A program made the position numbers and the translations under genes. Positions 38,557 through 48,574 of a stretch of 64,000 bases of DNA are shown in pieces. Each line of letters starts with the position of its first letter. Positions within the stretch are counted from its first letter, which is position 1. The notes beneath the pieces were generated by a model. That model had not been told where the DNA came from and ran no database searches. It was given only the letters and a program-made list of their open reading frames with translations. The stretch comes from a virus. The DNA is taken from IMG/VR virus record IMGVR_UViG_3300023174_000065; one strand, 5' to 3'.

Positions 38557-39992
38557 TCTTTTTCGGAATTCATGGATGCTAGCATTTCCCTGATCTTTGA
38601 ACTACCTGCACTTGCTTTTATCTTACCTACATTTATTCCATCAGATGGATCTCGGACTTCTCCTGTTTCAGGATCATGATCAATTATAGTTGAAGTTTTT
38701 TTCAGGCCTTCATATATACTAGGTTTAGGAGTTGAATTGCCTTCTTCCTCGCCCAAGTCTCTAATTCTCAATGTATCTAAATCAAATTCTAAATCAACTT
38801 TTTGACCAACGCCACTAGAACTACGAGTTTTCATAAACTGGATCTGATATCTACCTCGTTCCTTCATAGCTCTGCTTGTAAAAATGCCAATAACATTATC
38901 TGCTGTCTGAATCTTACTAAGTCCGCCAGAAATGTGACTGTGATCAAATTCTATTTCTTCAACAGCCGCACGATTAAGCTGACTAGCTGTTACCACGATT
39001 GCTTGTGTTTCCATTGCTAGATTTCGTAACTCCTCACTGACATACTTGTCCTTGACGAATAGGTCCGAGGGACTAACCTTGACCGACATCGGCATCATCA
39101 AATCAAGATAATCTATCAACAGAATATCTGGCTTAAATCCTTTTTTAACTTGATACTCTTTTAAATATGCTCTTATGTCGTTTGTATTTTTCCCACTTGG
39201 CATATACTTGATTTGTATACTTCCGGACTGTTTTCCTAGCATTCGAACTTTAAGCTCAACATCATCAAGATTTTTAAATACTTCTCGTGTTGCAATCCCA
39301 GTTAACATACTATCCATTCGCATGGCAACTAGTGCCTCGCTGAGTTCGAATGTTAGATATAGTACATTAAGTCCTTGAAGTGCCCAATTACATCCTAAAT
39401 TTGCAAGAAATAGTGACTTACCGCCGCCAGAAGCAGCACACCAAATGTTAAGTTCGCCTCGGTTGAATCCGCCATAAAGTTTCTTATCTACACTTGGCCA
39501 ACCAGTGCTTATTTGACCATTTGAGTTTTTCAGTCCCTCTAGTCTAGCTCTAGGATCTTCAAAATAATCAGTGCCCATATCTTTTTGTAGTGATATCTGC
39601 ACAGCATCCTTGATCATTTTTTCTACAGGACCATAATCGCCTCTTTCGAGTAAATCCGCAGATTTGATAATTGCACGTTCTAGACCTTTGTGACGAGAAA
39701 ATTGTTCAAACTCATTCATTAGCCAAGTATAATTTTCTTCCGGTAATTGTACTGGATTCATATCAACATTGCAACTTGCGTTAACGATGCTTGTCTCAGG
39801 CATAATCTTGTATTGGTCAACATATTCTTTGATGAATTCGGCAGTTTCTTGGAGTTTTCTATCAAAATTTTCTGGATCAAAAATACTGGCACAGCGTACA
39901 AAAGTTACTGCATCACTCATGAACATTTCTAGATATAATTTTTGAACATCGTAGCTATAGTTTAACACATTAGATTTCTGCATTTCGTTCAA
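38553..39992 (-). CDS. gp41: Replicative DnaB-like helicase (T4 gp41-like)
   Basis: Walker A ASGGGKS, LIDYLDLM, TASQLNR and STGWPSVDKKLYGG. Confidence 0.92.
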   Translation of the reverse strand: MNEMQKSNVLNYSYDVQKLYLEMFMSDAVTFVRCASIFDPENFDRKLQETAEFIKEYVDQYKIMPETSIVNASCNVDMNPVQLPEENYTWLMNEFEQFSRHKGLERAIIKSADLLERGDYGPVEKMIKDAVQISLQKDMGTDYFEDPRARLEGLKNSNGQISTGWPSVDKKLYGGFNRGELNIWCAASGGGKSLFLANLGCNWALQGLNVLYLTFELSEALVAMRMDSMLTGIATREVFKNLDDVELKVRMLGKQSGSIQIKYMPSGKNTNDIRAYLKEYQVKKGFKPDILLIDYLDLMMPMSVKVSPSDLFVKDKYVSEELRNLAMETQAIVVTASQLNRAAVEEIEFDHSHISGGLSKIQTADNVIGIFTSRAMKERGRYQIQFMKTRSSSGVGQKVDLEFDLDTLRIRDLGEEEGNSTPKPSIYEGLKKTSTIIDHDPETGEVRDPSDGINVGKIKASAGSSKIREMLASMNSEKD

Positions 39993-40965
39993 TTCTCTTT
40001 TTAATCATTTTTAATTTTATTTCACCATGTTGGCGATATTTCAATATTGAATATAACGTATATATTCTTCCATAATTTAGTACAGCATCGGCCACATCTT
40101 TTATTCGTGAATGCCATTCAGGAGAACTCACTGACCATCCTTGTTCTATAGCAATATCTATTAGCTTTGTTCCAGCTAGGTCGCGATCAGGCACAACTAT
40201 TACCTCTTTACGCAGGGAATTTATCCTGAAGATTTGCTCTGTGTTAAGGGCATTACTCATCACAGCAACTCCATCAATGGATATCGCATCAATTGGTCCT
40301 TCAACAACTATAACATAGTTTCTTTCATATGTCTGTCGGTCTAAGTTAAACACATAACTAGGTTGTGAACTAGTTAGATATTTAGGTCTACCCTCAGAAA
40401 TTTTTCTAGCAGTCCAGCCTACTATTTTGCCTGAATAAAAATAAGGAATAATTACTCTGTCTTGATATCCAGGCGATGGACTCCACATCCATGGATACCA
40501 TTCTAATTTCATGCCTCTATCTAGTACATAAGCAACAGCAGATGCAAAGTTTTCATCATTGCATCCTTCTTTTATATATTCGTCGAAATTTTTGCAATTT
40601 TCGGGTAAAACCACCGGATTTATACCAAGATTTAAGCTTTTTTCGATAGGTTTCATGTCTTCTTTTGCACGAATTGCTTCTAGTGCAAATTTCTGTACAT
40701 CAGTACTGGGAATGCCCATCCATAGCATTAAATTCCGTGTGTTTTGTGATAGCAGATGTCCAGGAGTCCATCCGGCTTTGAAGTTGCAATTAAAACAATG
40801 AAAGACAAATCCATCACCTTCAAATTTGATTCCACCACGCCCTCGTGTATCCATGCTTTCACCTCGATGATGACAGCACGGTGAATCAAATGTAGTCCAT
40901 CCACCCGACGCTTGTTTGCGTTTGGCAGGCAGGACAGTGTGAACTGATTCCTGGATTATGTTCAT
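39970..40965 (-). CDS. gp61: DNA primase (T4 gp61-like)
   Basis: Zn-binding PCCHH...HCFNC, GWTARK and TOPRIM motifs VEGPIDA and PDRD. Confidence 0.88.
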   Translation of the reverse strand: MNIIQESVHTVLPAKRKQASGGWTTFDSPCCHHRGESMDTRGRGGIKFEGDGFVFHCFNCNFKAGWTPGHLLSQNTRNLMLWMGIPSTDVQKFALEAIRAKEDMKPIEKSLNLGINPVVLPENCKNFDEYIKEGCNDENFASAVAYVLDRGMKLEWYPWMWSPSPGYQDRVIIPYFYSGKIVGWTARKISEGRPKYLTSSQPSYVFNLDRQTYERNYVIVVEGPIDAISIDGVAVMSNALNTEQIFRINSLRKEVIVVPDRDLAGTKLIDIAIEQGWSVSSPEWHSRIKDVADAVLNYGRIYTLYSILKYRQHGEIKLKMIKKRIERNAEI

Positions 40966-40974
40966 AATGTTATT

Positions 40975-41874
40975 TTAACTGAAATATTGTATTTGGTCAA
41001 CAAATCCATTGGGAAATTTGTTATTATTTGATCCAATAGGATTTCCAGTAGGATAATAATTTACACCAAAAGCATCATTCTTTGGTTTGATTTTAAATCT
41101 TACCGCAGTGTATGCTCCTGTCCATGAAAGTTGAATTATTCCATGTGCCGCTGTGCTAGATATATAATTTGTCACGGTAAATGCCTGTGCATTTGCCTGG
41201 CCAGCGGGACTAGGATTACTATCAATCGTTGCCTCTACTGTAATTTCTCCTGCAAAACTTGCTAGTGTAACAGCGGCGGTCGATGTGGTAGAATTGTAGG
41301 TAGAACTGATTTTAGGTCTAAGCCACTCGCTTACAAAAATGTATCCCATGCTGTTAGGAGTTCTATCATATGCTTTGCCTGTTTCTAATTTGTCAATATC
41401 AACTGTTTGAATAGGATATCCTATTGCAAATCCATCTTCTACTATTTCAATGTCACCGGTAATTTCATAATATGTATTTGCATACGCAGGAGTGAATGTT
41501 CCATCTCCATTATCTTTCTTTACCAAAAACTTGTAACTAGCAGCTTGTAAATTAATTGTGTCCAGTGGATTGAATGTAACAACCGCTAGTCCTTTGGTAG
41601 ATGTAGTCACTCCGTTGTCTATGACTGATAGTTTTTTGCTGAAAACCAACTCTCTGCCAGTAGTGTCAATAAGGTCTACATAATAATTAGTAGTAGTAGA
41701 AAGAAACACAGGCTTTTGATCAGAATTTTTGAACTGTATCTGTACTGAATCTTTAAATCCTTTTTGAATTTTGATCTTTCTTTGATACATAACCTTATAA
41801 ATTCCTCTGGTTTGATTGGTATCGAATATTACATCGATCTTATTTGGATATAAATAAACTGGCAACTTGTTCAT
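40975..41874 (-). CDS. Late-expressed, probably structural Ig-like protein
   Basis: TATAAATA (41882-41889, - strand) lies 7 nt before the ATG. Beta-rich sequence. Confidence 0.55.
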   Translation of the reverse strand: MNKLPVYLYPNKIDVIFDTNQTRGIYKVMYQRKIKIQKGFKDSVQIQFKNSDQKPVFLSTTTNYYVDLIDTTGRELVFSKKLSVIDNGVTTSTKGLAVVTFNPLDTINLQAASYKFLVKKDNGDGTFTPAYANTYYEITGDIEIVEDGFAIGYPIQTVDIDKLETGKAYDRTPNSMGYIFVSEWLRPKISSTYNSTTSTAAVTLASFAGEITVEATIDSNPSPAGQANAQAFTVTNYISSTAAHGIIQLSWTGAYTAVRFKIKPKNDAFGVNYYPTGNPIGSNNNKFPNGFVDQIQYFS

Positions 41875-41894
41875 GACGTTGTATTTATAAAAAT

Positions 41895-42281
41895 ATGAAA
41901 CATATAAAAACAGAAGAATTTCAAATTAAATTTCCATTTGTATCATGCATTCGGTGTGGTAATGAAGAATACGTGGGTATAATAATCAATCATGACACAC
42001 TTGTAACAAGTATGTACGATATCAGTGTGATTAAATCTGAATCTGATCGACAGAAATTATTAGATTTAGGTGACACATGGTGGTGGGAATCTAATAGAAA
42101 AATACCCATTAGTATATTTTTAAAGTCCGATATGATAGTATTTCGTCCTATTATAAAAACATTCAATAGTAAAGATGTTACTATAATTTTTGGACCAGTT
42201 GTTAATCTTAGTGAAATATCCGAAAAACGAGTTAAGCGGAAGTCGATACAATTAATCAGGGCGCCGTCGAAGAGCCGCTGA
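41895..42281 (+). CDS. Hypothetical protein (WWWESNRKIPI motif)
   Basis: Divergent ORF filling the gap, with a protein-like sequence. Confidence 0.7.
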   Translation: MKHIKTEEFQIKFPFVSCIRCGNEEYVGIIINHDTLVTSMYDISVIKSESDRQKLLDLGDTWWWESNRKIPISIFLKSDMIVFRPIIKTFNSKDVTIIFGPVVNLSEISEKRVKRKSIQLIRAPSKSR

Positions 42282-42828
42282 GATACTCACATAATAAATT
42301 CATGTGTATTATCACCGCTATAGCATAACTGAATGCGTGACTTTTTTTCCAGTAATATTCTCCATTAGTTGGTTTTATCCATACTTCATTTAATATAGTA
42401 TTCCAATCTTGGCCTACTAAATGAATTTTTGCAGGTCGAATCATTGCAAGAACTGCTGCCAGCTGTTCTACTGAAGTAGGACAATTCTTTTTTAAAATGT
42501 CTGCATGGCCGCTTAGTTGAAATAATAAATCCACAAACTCAGACTGTTTTAAAAGATCCCACAGTGGCTCAGTGTTCATTAACTCAATTAAATGATTTTC
42601 GTCTCTTACATCTTTATAGAAATTGACATTCAATAAATCAATTTTAAAATATCCACGATCTCCTGCCTGTTTGTAGTCTATTGCAGAGTTGCCTGTTAAC
42701 GGATTAATAGGAATTTCTTGACAATATATTCCTGTTTTATGCATTCTGCCATCTACTAAAGAAGCAGGAATATGTTTTATTATATTGAGGATATCATTCC
42801 GATCTGCAAAATCAATATCAACGTCCAT
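42256..42828 (-). CDS. Miniature C-family DNA polymerase (DnaE) palm-domain protein, 190 aa
   Basis: Motifs MDVDIDFADR, HKTGIY, GYFKIDLL, LAAVLAMIRP and KKSHAFSYA. GGAG SD before ATG 42828. Confidence 0.8.
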   Translation of the reverse strand: MDVDIDFADRNDILNIIKHIPASLVDGRMHKTGIYCQEIPINPLTGNSAIDYKQAGDRGYFKIDLLNVNFYKDVRDENHLIELMNTEPLWDLLKQSEFVDLLFQLSGHADILKKNCPTSVEQLAAVLAMIRPAKIHLVGQDWNTILNEVWIKPTNGEYYWKKSHAFSYAIAVIIHMNLLCEYLSGSSTAP

Positions 42829-43222
42829 TATTTTCTCCGGACATTGCAAGTTTATACAACATTTGATATTGATCGTATGCTTTTTGAACAGCGGGATGTT
42901 TTTCTCGAAATGATTTCTCGTCATTCCGTCTCTGGATATAATGGTTAAACACATCCATACTTCCAGTATATTTCATGCTTTCTTCAACACGTTCGTAAAA
43001 TTCCATCAGGCGTTCTAATGAGCTTTCTGGAATCTGAATGGTGTGCAGAGTTTCAGTTTCATAAGGAATGTCGTAGGAATAGGGATCTTTGCCATATTTG
43101 TCAAGACCTCGAACCCTCATTGGCGGGTATCGGTGATAGCGGCGATTACTATCTACAATATTCATATCATATCGGTATAAAAACTCTTTTGCTTTTATTG
43201 TTTTATTTACAGAGTTGTCCAT
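42818..43222 (-). CDS. Hypothetical protein
   Basis: Coupled ORF ending HPAVQKAYDQYQMLYKL. Confidence 0.7.
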   Translation of the reverse strand: MDNSVNKTIKAKEFLYRYDMNIVDSNRRYHRYPPMRVRGLDKYGKDPYSYDIPYETETLHTIQIPESSLERLMEFYERVEESMKYTGSMDVFNHYIQRRNDEKSFREKHPAVQKAYDQYQMLYKLAMSGENNGR

Positions 43223-43917
43223 TATTCTATTCCGGTTTCTTTACAAATTTCTTTTACTAGTGCTACATCTGCTGGATTGTCTTTGAATTTTTTAACCCAA
43301 TACGGCATATCAAGTGCTGGAGCAATTAGGTCAAGTTGTTCATCGCTAAACTTTGCTAACATATTTTTGCCGCTTTTACAGTTTAACAGCATCCAGCAAC
43401 TAATTTTTCCATTAACAATATCGTGTACTGCTCGGTTTAAGTTAGCGTAATTAAAGTAATGTACATAGGTTGACTTATTTGTATCAGCCCATTCGATCAT
43501 AGTTGTAACGCTACGGTGGACTGCAGCCTCGACTGGTTCTACTTTTAACATCTCAAAAAGATATTTTTCATATAACTCATCCCTGCACCAATGGTCTAGT
43601 TTAACACCGCTTTTGATAACATAATCAATAAACTTGTCAGGATAAAGGGGTTTAACATTATTAACAAAACTTCCAAATTTAACAAAAGCATTATAGTAAG
43701 ATGTCTTGCAAAATTCTTCATATGTTTTGTTCTTTTTTGCATTTTGTGTTAGTTGAAAAAATCTATTAAATGCCATAAATCCAGCCTGTACTCGTTTCTC
43801 ATCTTTCTGCAAAGCACGGCGTTTGGACTCACAAAGATGACTAAAGAGCGTGGTCTCTCTCATGAACTTTTTTCCACAATGGACACATAGATGTGGTTGA
43901 TCGGCCAATAGAATCAC
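43222..43917 (-). CDS. Hypothetical protein with N-terminal zinc finger
   Basis: CVHCGKKF.....LFSHLC. Coupled within the operon. Confidence 0.75.
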   Translation of the reverse strand: MILLADQPHLCVHCGKKFMRETTLFSHLCESKRRALQKDEKRVQAGFMAFNRFFQLTQNAKKNKTYEEFCKTSYYNAFVKFGSFVNNVKPLYPDKFIDYVIKSGVKLDHWCRDELYEKYLFEMLKVEPVEAAVHRSVTTMIEWADTNKSTYVHYFNYANLNRAVHDIVNGKISCWMLLNCKSGKNMLAKFSDEQLDLIAPALDMPYWVKKFKDNPADVALVKEICKETGIE

Positions 43918-44114
43918 TCGTATCTACTTCCTAGTTGCCCGGGTTCGTTACTTCCAGTACATTCTAATCTATGATCCGTTGATTTTGGACATCTTTTATT
44001 TCCACAGATAGGACATAGTATCATCATAGTTGAAGTGATAGGTAAAGAAACTTGATCATAATCAACTCTGACATCTTTTAGACAATTGTAGCATTGACCA
44101 CACAAATCACTCAT
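43914..44114 (-). CDS. Small Cys-rich zinc-binding protein
   Basis: CGQCYNC...CPICGNKRCP...H...C. Start chosen at the ATGAGTGA overlap. Confidence 0.7.
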   Translation of the reverse strand: MSDLCGQCYNCLKDVRVDYDQVSLPITSTMMILCPICGNKRCPKSTDHRLECTGSNEPGQLGSRYE

Positions 44115-44562
44115 ATTCTTTTCTTTGTTTTTTATCAAGACCCATGCTGTTGAACAACTCTTCTTTGTCGGCGGGAGTCATCATTGATGCCATCAATTTA
44201 ATCTCGTCCATTTTCATTGCCGGATACATTTCGCATAATAATTTTTCAATTTTATTTGCTTTTTCTTTAGTGCCACTTTTCAAGTAAGGATGAAACAACT
44301 TGCTTCCAATACCACATCCTGCATATAATTTCCACAATAATGCTCTATGATCTTTGCTCAATATCCAGTGATTTTTATTGACCAATTCATTGGTCATTTC
44401 AACAAACCACTCTTGTGTATCTCTAGATCCATTTACATTGCTTACAAAACGCAATAGAACATATGGACTAAATTCTTTCTTTTCGCCATCATCAAGTTTA
44501 TCATAAAAATCGTAATTTCTAAGATCAACTGCTGCAAGTTCTCGTTTAATATCTAGAGCCAT
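44107..44562 (-). CDS. Possible clamp-loader small subunit (gp62-like)
   Basis: FSPYVLLRFVS...EMTNE pattern, size and replication context. GGAG SD before ATG 44562. Confidence 0.45.
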   Translation of the reverse strand: MALDIKRELAAVDLRNYDFYDKLDDGEKKEFSPYVLLRFVSNVNGSRDTQEWFVEMTNELVNKNHWILSKDHRALLWKLYAGCGIGSKLFHPYLKSGTKEKANKIEKLLCEMYPAMKMDEIKLMASMMTPADKEELFNSMGLDKKQRKEYE

Positions 44563-44563
44563 A

Positions 44564-44719
44564 TTATTCTTCTCCAAACAAATATTGAGCCATTCTCTTT
44601 TCAGTGGTTTCTCGATCCTTCATTCCACAATCAAAGCATATCTGTTCTCCGTTGGGTCCATACGGTCTACACTCTTTGATTGCATAACAAAGTTCACATA
44701 CTTGCGATGGTTCTGCCAT
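44564..44719 (-). CDS. 51-aa CxxC...CxxC zinc-finger protein (not in the ORF track)
   Basis: MAEPSQVCELCYAIKECRPYGPNGEQICFDCGMKDRETTEKRMAQYLFGEE. GAGGA SD. Fills the operon gap exactly. Confidence 0.8.
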   Translation of the reverse strand: MAEPSQVCELCYAIKECRPYGPNGEQICFDCGMKDRETTEKRMAQYLFGEE

Positions 44720-44741
44720 TATAATTCCTCGACCACTCATA

Positions 44742-45245
44742 TTACCAGGCCTTACAGTATTGAACTATTTCACTTTGACGACTTACTTCCTTGACGAAAT
44801 ACACGCACGTGGGATTATCACCGGAATGCAAGGGAGTACATAATAGTTGACCTGGCTTCATTTTTGGAAAGTACCATTTGACATCTTGATATACATTAAT
44901 GATATCAATGTCATAAAACTCAGGCCTAGATGACGTTAGTGGATTAAATGCAAATGTTCTAAATCCTCTATCGTTGAGGCTCGTCAATGGCAATACTTCC
45001 AAATCTGGTCCAGTGGGATCTCCTACTATTGTGCACCAATCTAACGGCATTGTAATTTCATGTTTTCCTATACGCAATACTACAGCAGGACCAGTAAAGG
45101 ATTCAAGAAAAATCAACGGTAAAAAGAAATAATCAGGATTATTATTATCACTATTGTCCAATACCGCATATCTAAGATCCTCATCAATAGTATCGGGTAG
45201 ATCATTTAATAATAGTGTTCGATTATCCAAAGTGAGGATTTGCAT
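44742..45245 (-). CDS. Hypothetical protein, possibly a degenerate Hint-fold
   Basis: TAATG-coupled to UvsW. Strand pattern discussed in findings. Confidence 0.65.
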   Translation of the reverse strand: MQILTLDNRTLLLNDLPDTIDEDLRYAVLDNSDNNNPDYFFLPLIFLESFTGPAVVLRIGKHEITMPLDWCTIVGDPTGPDLEVLPLTSLNDRGFRTFAFNPLTSSRPEFYDIDIINVYQDVKWYFPKMKPGQLLCTPLHSGDNPTCVYFVKEVSRQSEIVQYCKAW

Positions 45246-46729
45246 TAGATTTTAACCTTTTCAATTGTAAATGGATATTGAGCGTCTTTGTAAAAAGTCT
45301 TACGCTCCGATAAATGACGTTTTGCATATTTTGTATTAGCAGTAAGATCCCATATATTAACAAAGTCTTTGTCTTCGGCTCGTCTCACTCCTCGACCAAT
45401 ACTTTGAATAACTCGAACAAAACTCTTTCCTGGTTCAATTAATACAAGGTTGAAAATTCTGGGAATATTAATTCCCACTGCTGCTACTCCATAAGTCGCC
45501 ACTGTGATTCTGTTATCTGAGGTTGCAACTTCTGCATATTCTTTTTTTCGATCTTTAGTTTTAACAGCACCAGATATAAATGCAACATCTGGATCTTCCT
45601 TTAGAACACTGAACAGTCCACTAAGTTCTTTTTGTAAAAATTTACCAGATTCAATTCTATCAACCAATACAAGGGTGTTTCCAGCTGTAGAAATTTCCTT
45701 TATCTTATTTGCCATCCATGTCAATCTATTTGAGTCAGTGACTAGATATTTTAACTCTTCAGGATAAGATCCAAACTCTTTCCATTCCTGTGTTTGTACG
45801 ATGTTTACATGACATCCGCTGAGAACGCCTTTTTGCTGAAGCTCATATGCGGAAACTCTTCCTATAACGTCGCCTAGACTACATCGTATGCTCTCAAAAT
45901 CAAGAGGATCTTTTGGAACAGTTCCAGTAATACCCCATCTTATAGATGCGTTTCTTAAGTTTTGCGTAAGAAGATTTTTTAAGACATTTGCAGATGCTTG
46001 ATGAACCTCATCAACTATCACTGTGTTAACGTTTTCTAAAAACTCAGCTAGTGTAACTAAATCTGCTTCGCCATTTTTAGTTTTTTTATCCAGGACATTG
46101 AGACTCTGCCAGGTGCATATTGTATGAGTTTTATTTAATTCTTTTCTATCCCCATAAAAAACACCAACATCAAGTCCGACATTGATAAAGTCTTCCTCTG
46201 TTTGTTCTACTAGAGTTTTGTTAGGAACAATCACTATTGTTCTGCCATATTTTTCACAAATTTTACATAGTGTTGCTGTAAGAATAGTTTTTCCAAAACC
46301 TGTTGCCAATTCTGCAATCGCCTGTGGGTTATTCAAAAAATCATTCACGGCGCCTACCTGATCATCGCGTAACCTAATTGGCTGTCCTGCAAACCTATGA
46401 CCATCTGGCCAGGATTGATCGCCCCAAAATTCTTCGGTAATTTTTTTAAATTCCAAACATTCAGCGGTGCGTAAATCTTCTACCTCTATATAATATCCAG
46501 CTTGTTCTAAAAATGGTAATATTTTATCAAGTAGATTGACATACGTAGTGCCACCAAGGCCAAAGAATCCTACATATCCATCCCATCTGCCTAGTTTGAA
46601 TGCGGGTTGGTACCTAGCACTTTGTTGAAAGTATCTAAATTTCTTTACTAATTCTTTTCTAGTATCTAAGGCTAATCCGTCAATCTTAACATTGACTTCA
46701 TCCTTGATTATAATTCGTGCGGTAGCCAT
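45245..46729 (-). CDS. uvsW: UvsW-like SF2 DNA helicase
   Basis: Motifs LATGFGKT, VDEVH, GITGT, VGINIPRI and QSIGRGVR. Confidence 0.93.
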   Translation of the reverse strand: MATARIIIKDEVNVKIDGLALDTRKELVKKFRYFQQSARYQPAFKLGRWDGYVGFFGLGGTTYVNLLDKILPFLEQAGYYIEVEDLRTAECLEFKKITEEFWGDQSWPDGHRFAGQPIRLRDDQVGAVNDFLNNPQAIAELATGFGKTILTATLCKICEKYGRTIVIVPNKTLVEQTEEDFINVGLDVGVFYGDRKELNKTHTICTWQSLNVLDKKTKNGEADLVTLAEFLENVNTVIVDEVHQASANVLKNLLTQNLRNASIRWGITGTVPKDPLDFESIRCSLGDVIGRVSAYELQQKGVLSGCHVNIVQTQEWKEFGSYPEELKYLVTDSNRLTWMANKIKEISTAGNTLVLVDRIESGKFLQKELSGLFSVLKEDPDVAFISGAVKTKDRKKEYAEVATSDNRITVATYGVAAVGINIPRIFNLVLIEPGKSFVRVIQSIGRGVRRAEDKDFVNIWDLTANTKYAKRHLSERKTFYKDAQYPFTIEKVKI

Positions 46730-47901
46730 TTTGTTTTATTTGGTGCTTTCATGTTATAATACACTAAGTTGCAGGCATTATCAACCATTGTTGCCATAGA
46801 AAAGTGCATATAATTATAATATCCTAAATTTATCACACTTCTAAAATTTATTCCAGATTTAATTAATGGTTTAGTTATTTTTGTACTAACAAAAACAATT
46901 TTAGTGTGAGAATCAACTGGAGTGTTTAGTCCATTTTCTTTTATGTACTGATTAAAGTCTGCTTGGTTATTTGGAAGTCTAAACATTACGGACATTTCAT
47001 TCGATAAAATGCCCTGACTTAATGCAAACTTTGACCATTCCTTGACCAGTTGGTATTCACTACCGCCTGGCACAATTACCAAAAGTGGTCCTCCAAAATT
47101 CAGCAAATCTCCAAAAACATCATCTATTTTTGCTTCATCGCTATTAAACCATGGACGATCATGAATGGAAGATTCTATTATAACTTTAGTATAGGAGTTC
47201 AACTCGTTTTTAATTTTTAAACTAACTTCTTCGTCCCATACAGTGATTCCATAATTTTTTGCGTGAAATAGCGCTTCTGTTAAATTTATCGTATCAGGCT
47301 GAGGTATCGAGCGATGGCCATTAACTATTGTATATTTTCCATCTTTGATAGATAACATGGGAACATAAGTCTCTACATTTTCCCTGATTACATTGATATC
47401 ATTGTATAATGATAATAGTTTTTCTGAAATTTGAAAATCTCGGTCTTTCAATGAATCTATTATCCATAGAACATTTTTTTCAGTTAATGAAAATTTCCAT
47501 TTTTTAATACCTGCATCCCACAATCCCCGGTGGAGTTCATGTATTGTAGAATTTCTTGTTCGAAATAATGTAACGATGTCATCGCTATATGGAAATTCCA
47601 CAGTTATTTTATTATCTTCGATATCAATCTTACGAATAGACGATATTTTTCTAAATGGATATTTCCACTTAGGCGATGTTAGTATACTATCTATGTCACT
47701 AATGATGGGACGAATATTATTCTTGTACTTGTCCAAAAGTCTAATAGCTAGCATTGCCTGTTTTTCGGTAAGTGCCTGACCAGAACTGACCTGGTCTGAC
47801 AGACTAACCATAATACTATGTTCGTTGTGATTTAAAAAATGCGGCACAGGAATTGAAAATCCGTATCCTATATTTTCAATCACATCTTCAACATAGGTCA
47901 T
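46708..47901 (-). CDS. Hypothetical protein between uvsY and uvsW
   Basis: Coupled 397-aa ORF. Confidence 0.7.
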   Translation of the reverse strand: MTYVEDVIENIGYGFSIPVPHFLNHNEHSIMVSLSDQVSSGQALTEKQAMLAIRLLDKYKNNIRPIISDIDSILTSPKWKYPFRKISSIRKIDIEDNKITVEFPYSDDIVTLFRTRNSTIHELHRGLWDAGIKKWKFSLTEKNVLWIIDSLKDRDFQISEKLLSLYNDINVIRENVETYVPMLSIKDGKYTIVNGHRSIPQPDTINLTEALFHAKNYGITVWDEEVSLKIKNELNSYTKVIIESSIHDRPWFNSDEAKIDDVFGDLLNFGGPLLVIVPGGSEYQLVKEWSKFALSQGILSNEMSVMFRLPNNQADFNQYIKENGLNTPVDSHTKIVFVSTKITKPLIKSGINFRSVINLGYYNYMHFSMATMVDNACNLVYYNMKAPNKTKWLPHEL

Positions 47902-48353
47902 ATTTGAACATCTTCCATTCCAGCAGTGCGTAATTTAATAATATTACTCATCTGCCACTGTTTAATATCTAGTGCCTTGATAATTCCAAGCCACTGGTTT
48001 CGTAAAAGTGCAAACTCATTAACTATTTTTTCCAAATCAACGACATTTGCTTCTCCGTCAACATATTTTTCACAATCTCTGCTACTGAGTGCTCGTTGAT
48101 AGTTTTCCAGATATTTTTTAAATGCTTTACTACGCTCTCGTCGGAGCTCAATATTCAAATATTCTAACACTGCCTCAATTTCTTGAAGCTGATTGAATCT
48201 TTGCTCGACGATGCCCGGCAAGTTAGCAGAGGATCTTTCTAAGTTTCCAAAGACCTTTACTTCTTTCCGGGCATCGTCTATTTGTGCATAGAAGTACTCA
48301 ATACAATCTGGTAAATGATTTATATCTTTACTGACTTTTGAGTACCAAGACAT
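47898..48353 (-). CDS. uvsY: UvsY-like recombination mediator
   Basis: Helical, YLENYQRALSSRDCEKYVDGE...IIKALDIKQWQMSNIIKLR. Near uvsX. Confidence 0.8.
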   Translation of the reverse strand: MSWYSKVSKDINHLPDCIEYFYAQIDDARKEVKVFGNLERSSANLPGIVEQRFNQLQEIEAVLEYLNIELRRERSKAFKKYLENYQRALSSRDCEKYVDGEANVVDLEKIVNEFALLRNQWLGIIKALDIKQWQMSNIIKLRTAGMEDVQI

Positions 48354-48574
48354 TAGTAGTCTTCTTCATTTTCTTCGTCAGGTTGATCTTCATCAATATC
48401 TTCAATAGCTATGTCCAAATATTCGTCATTGCCTGAAATTGCATGAAGGTCCTTGAGTTCGAATTGATCAGTTAACAAATACTCAATATATTGAGTTGCC
48501 GCCGATGCACGATTTTTTTCTGGAATGAAGTCTAAGAAAACATCCCATATTTCAACAATTTGATTTTCTTCCAT
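48353..48574 (-). CDS. Small acidic hypothetical protein
   Basis: TAATG coupling on both sides. Confidence 0.7.
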   Translation of the reverse strand: MEENQIVEIWDVFLDFIPEKNRASAATQYIEYLLTDQFELKDLHAISGNDEYLDIAIEDIDEDQPDEENEEDY

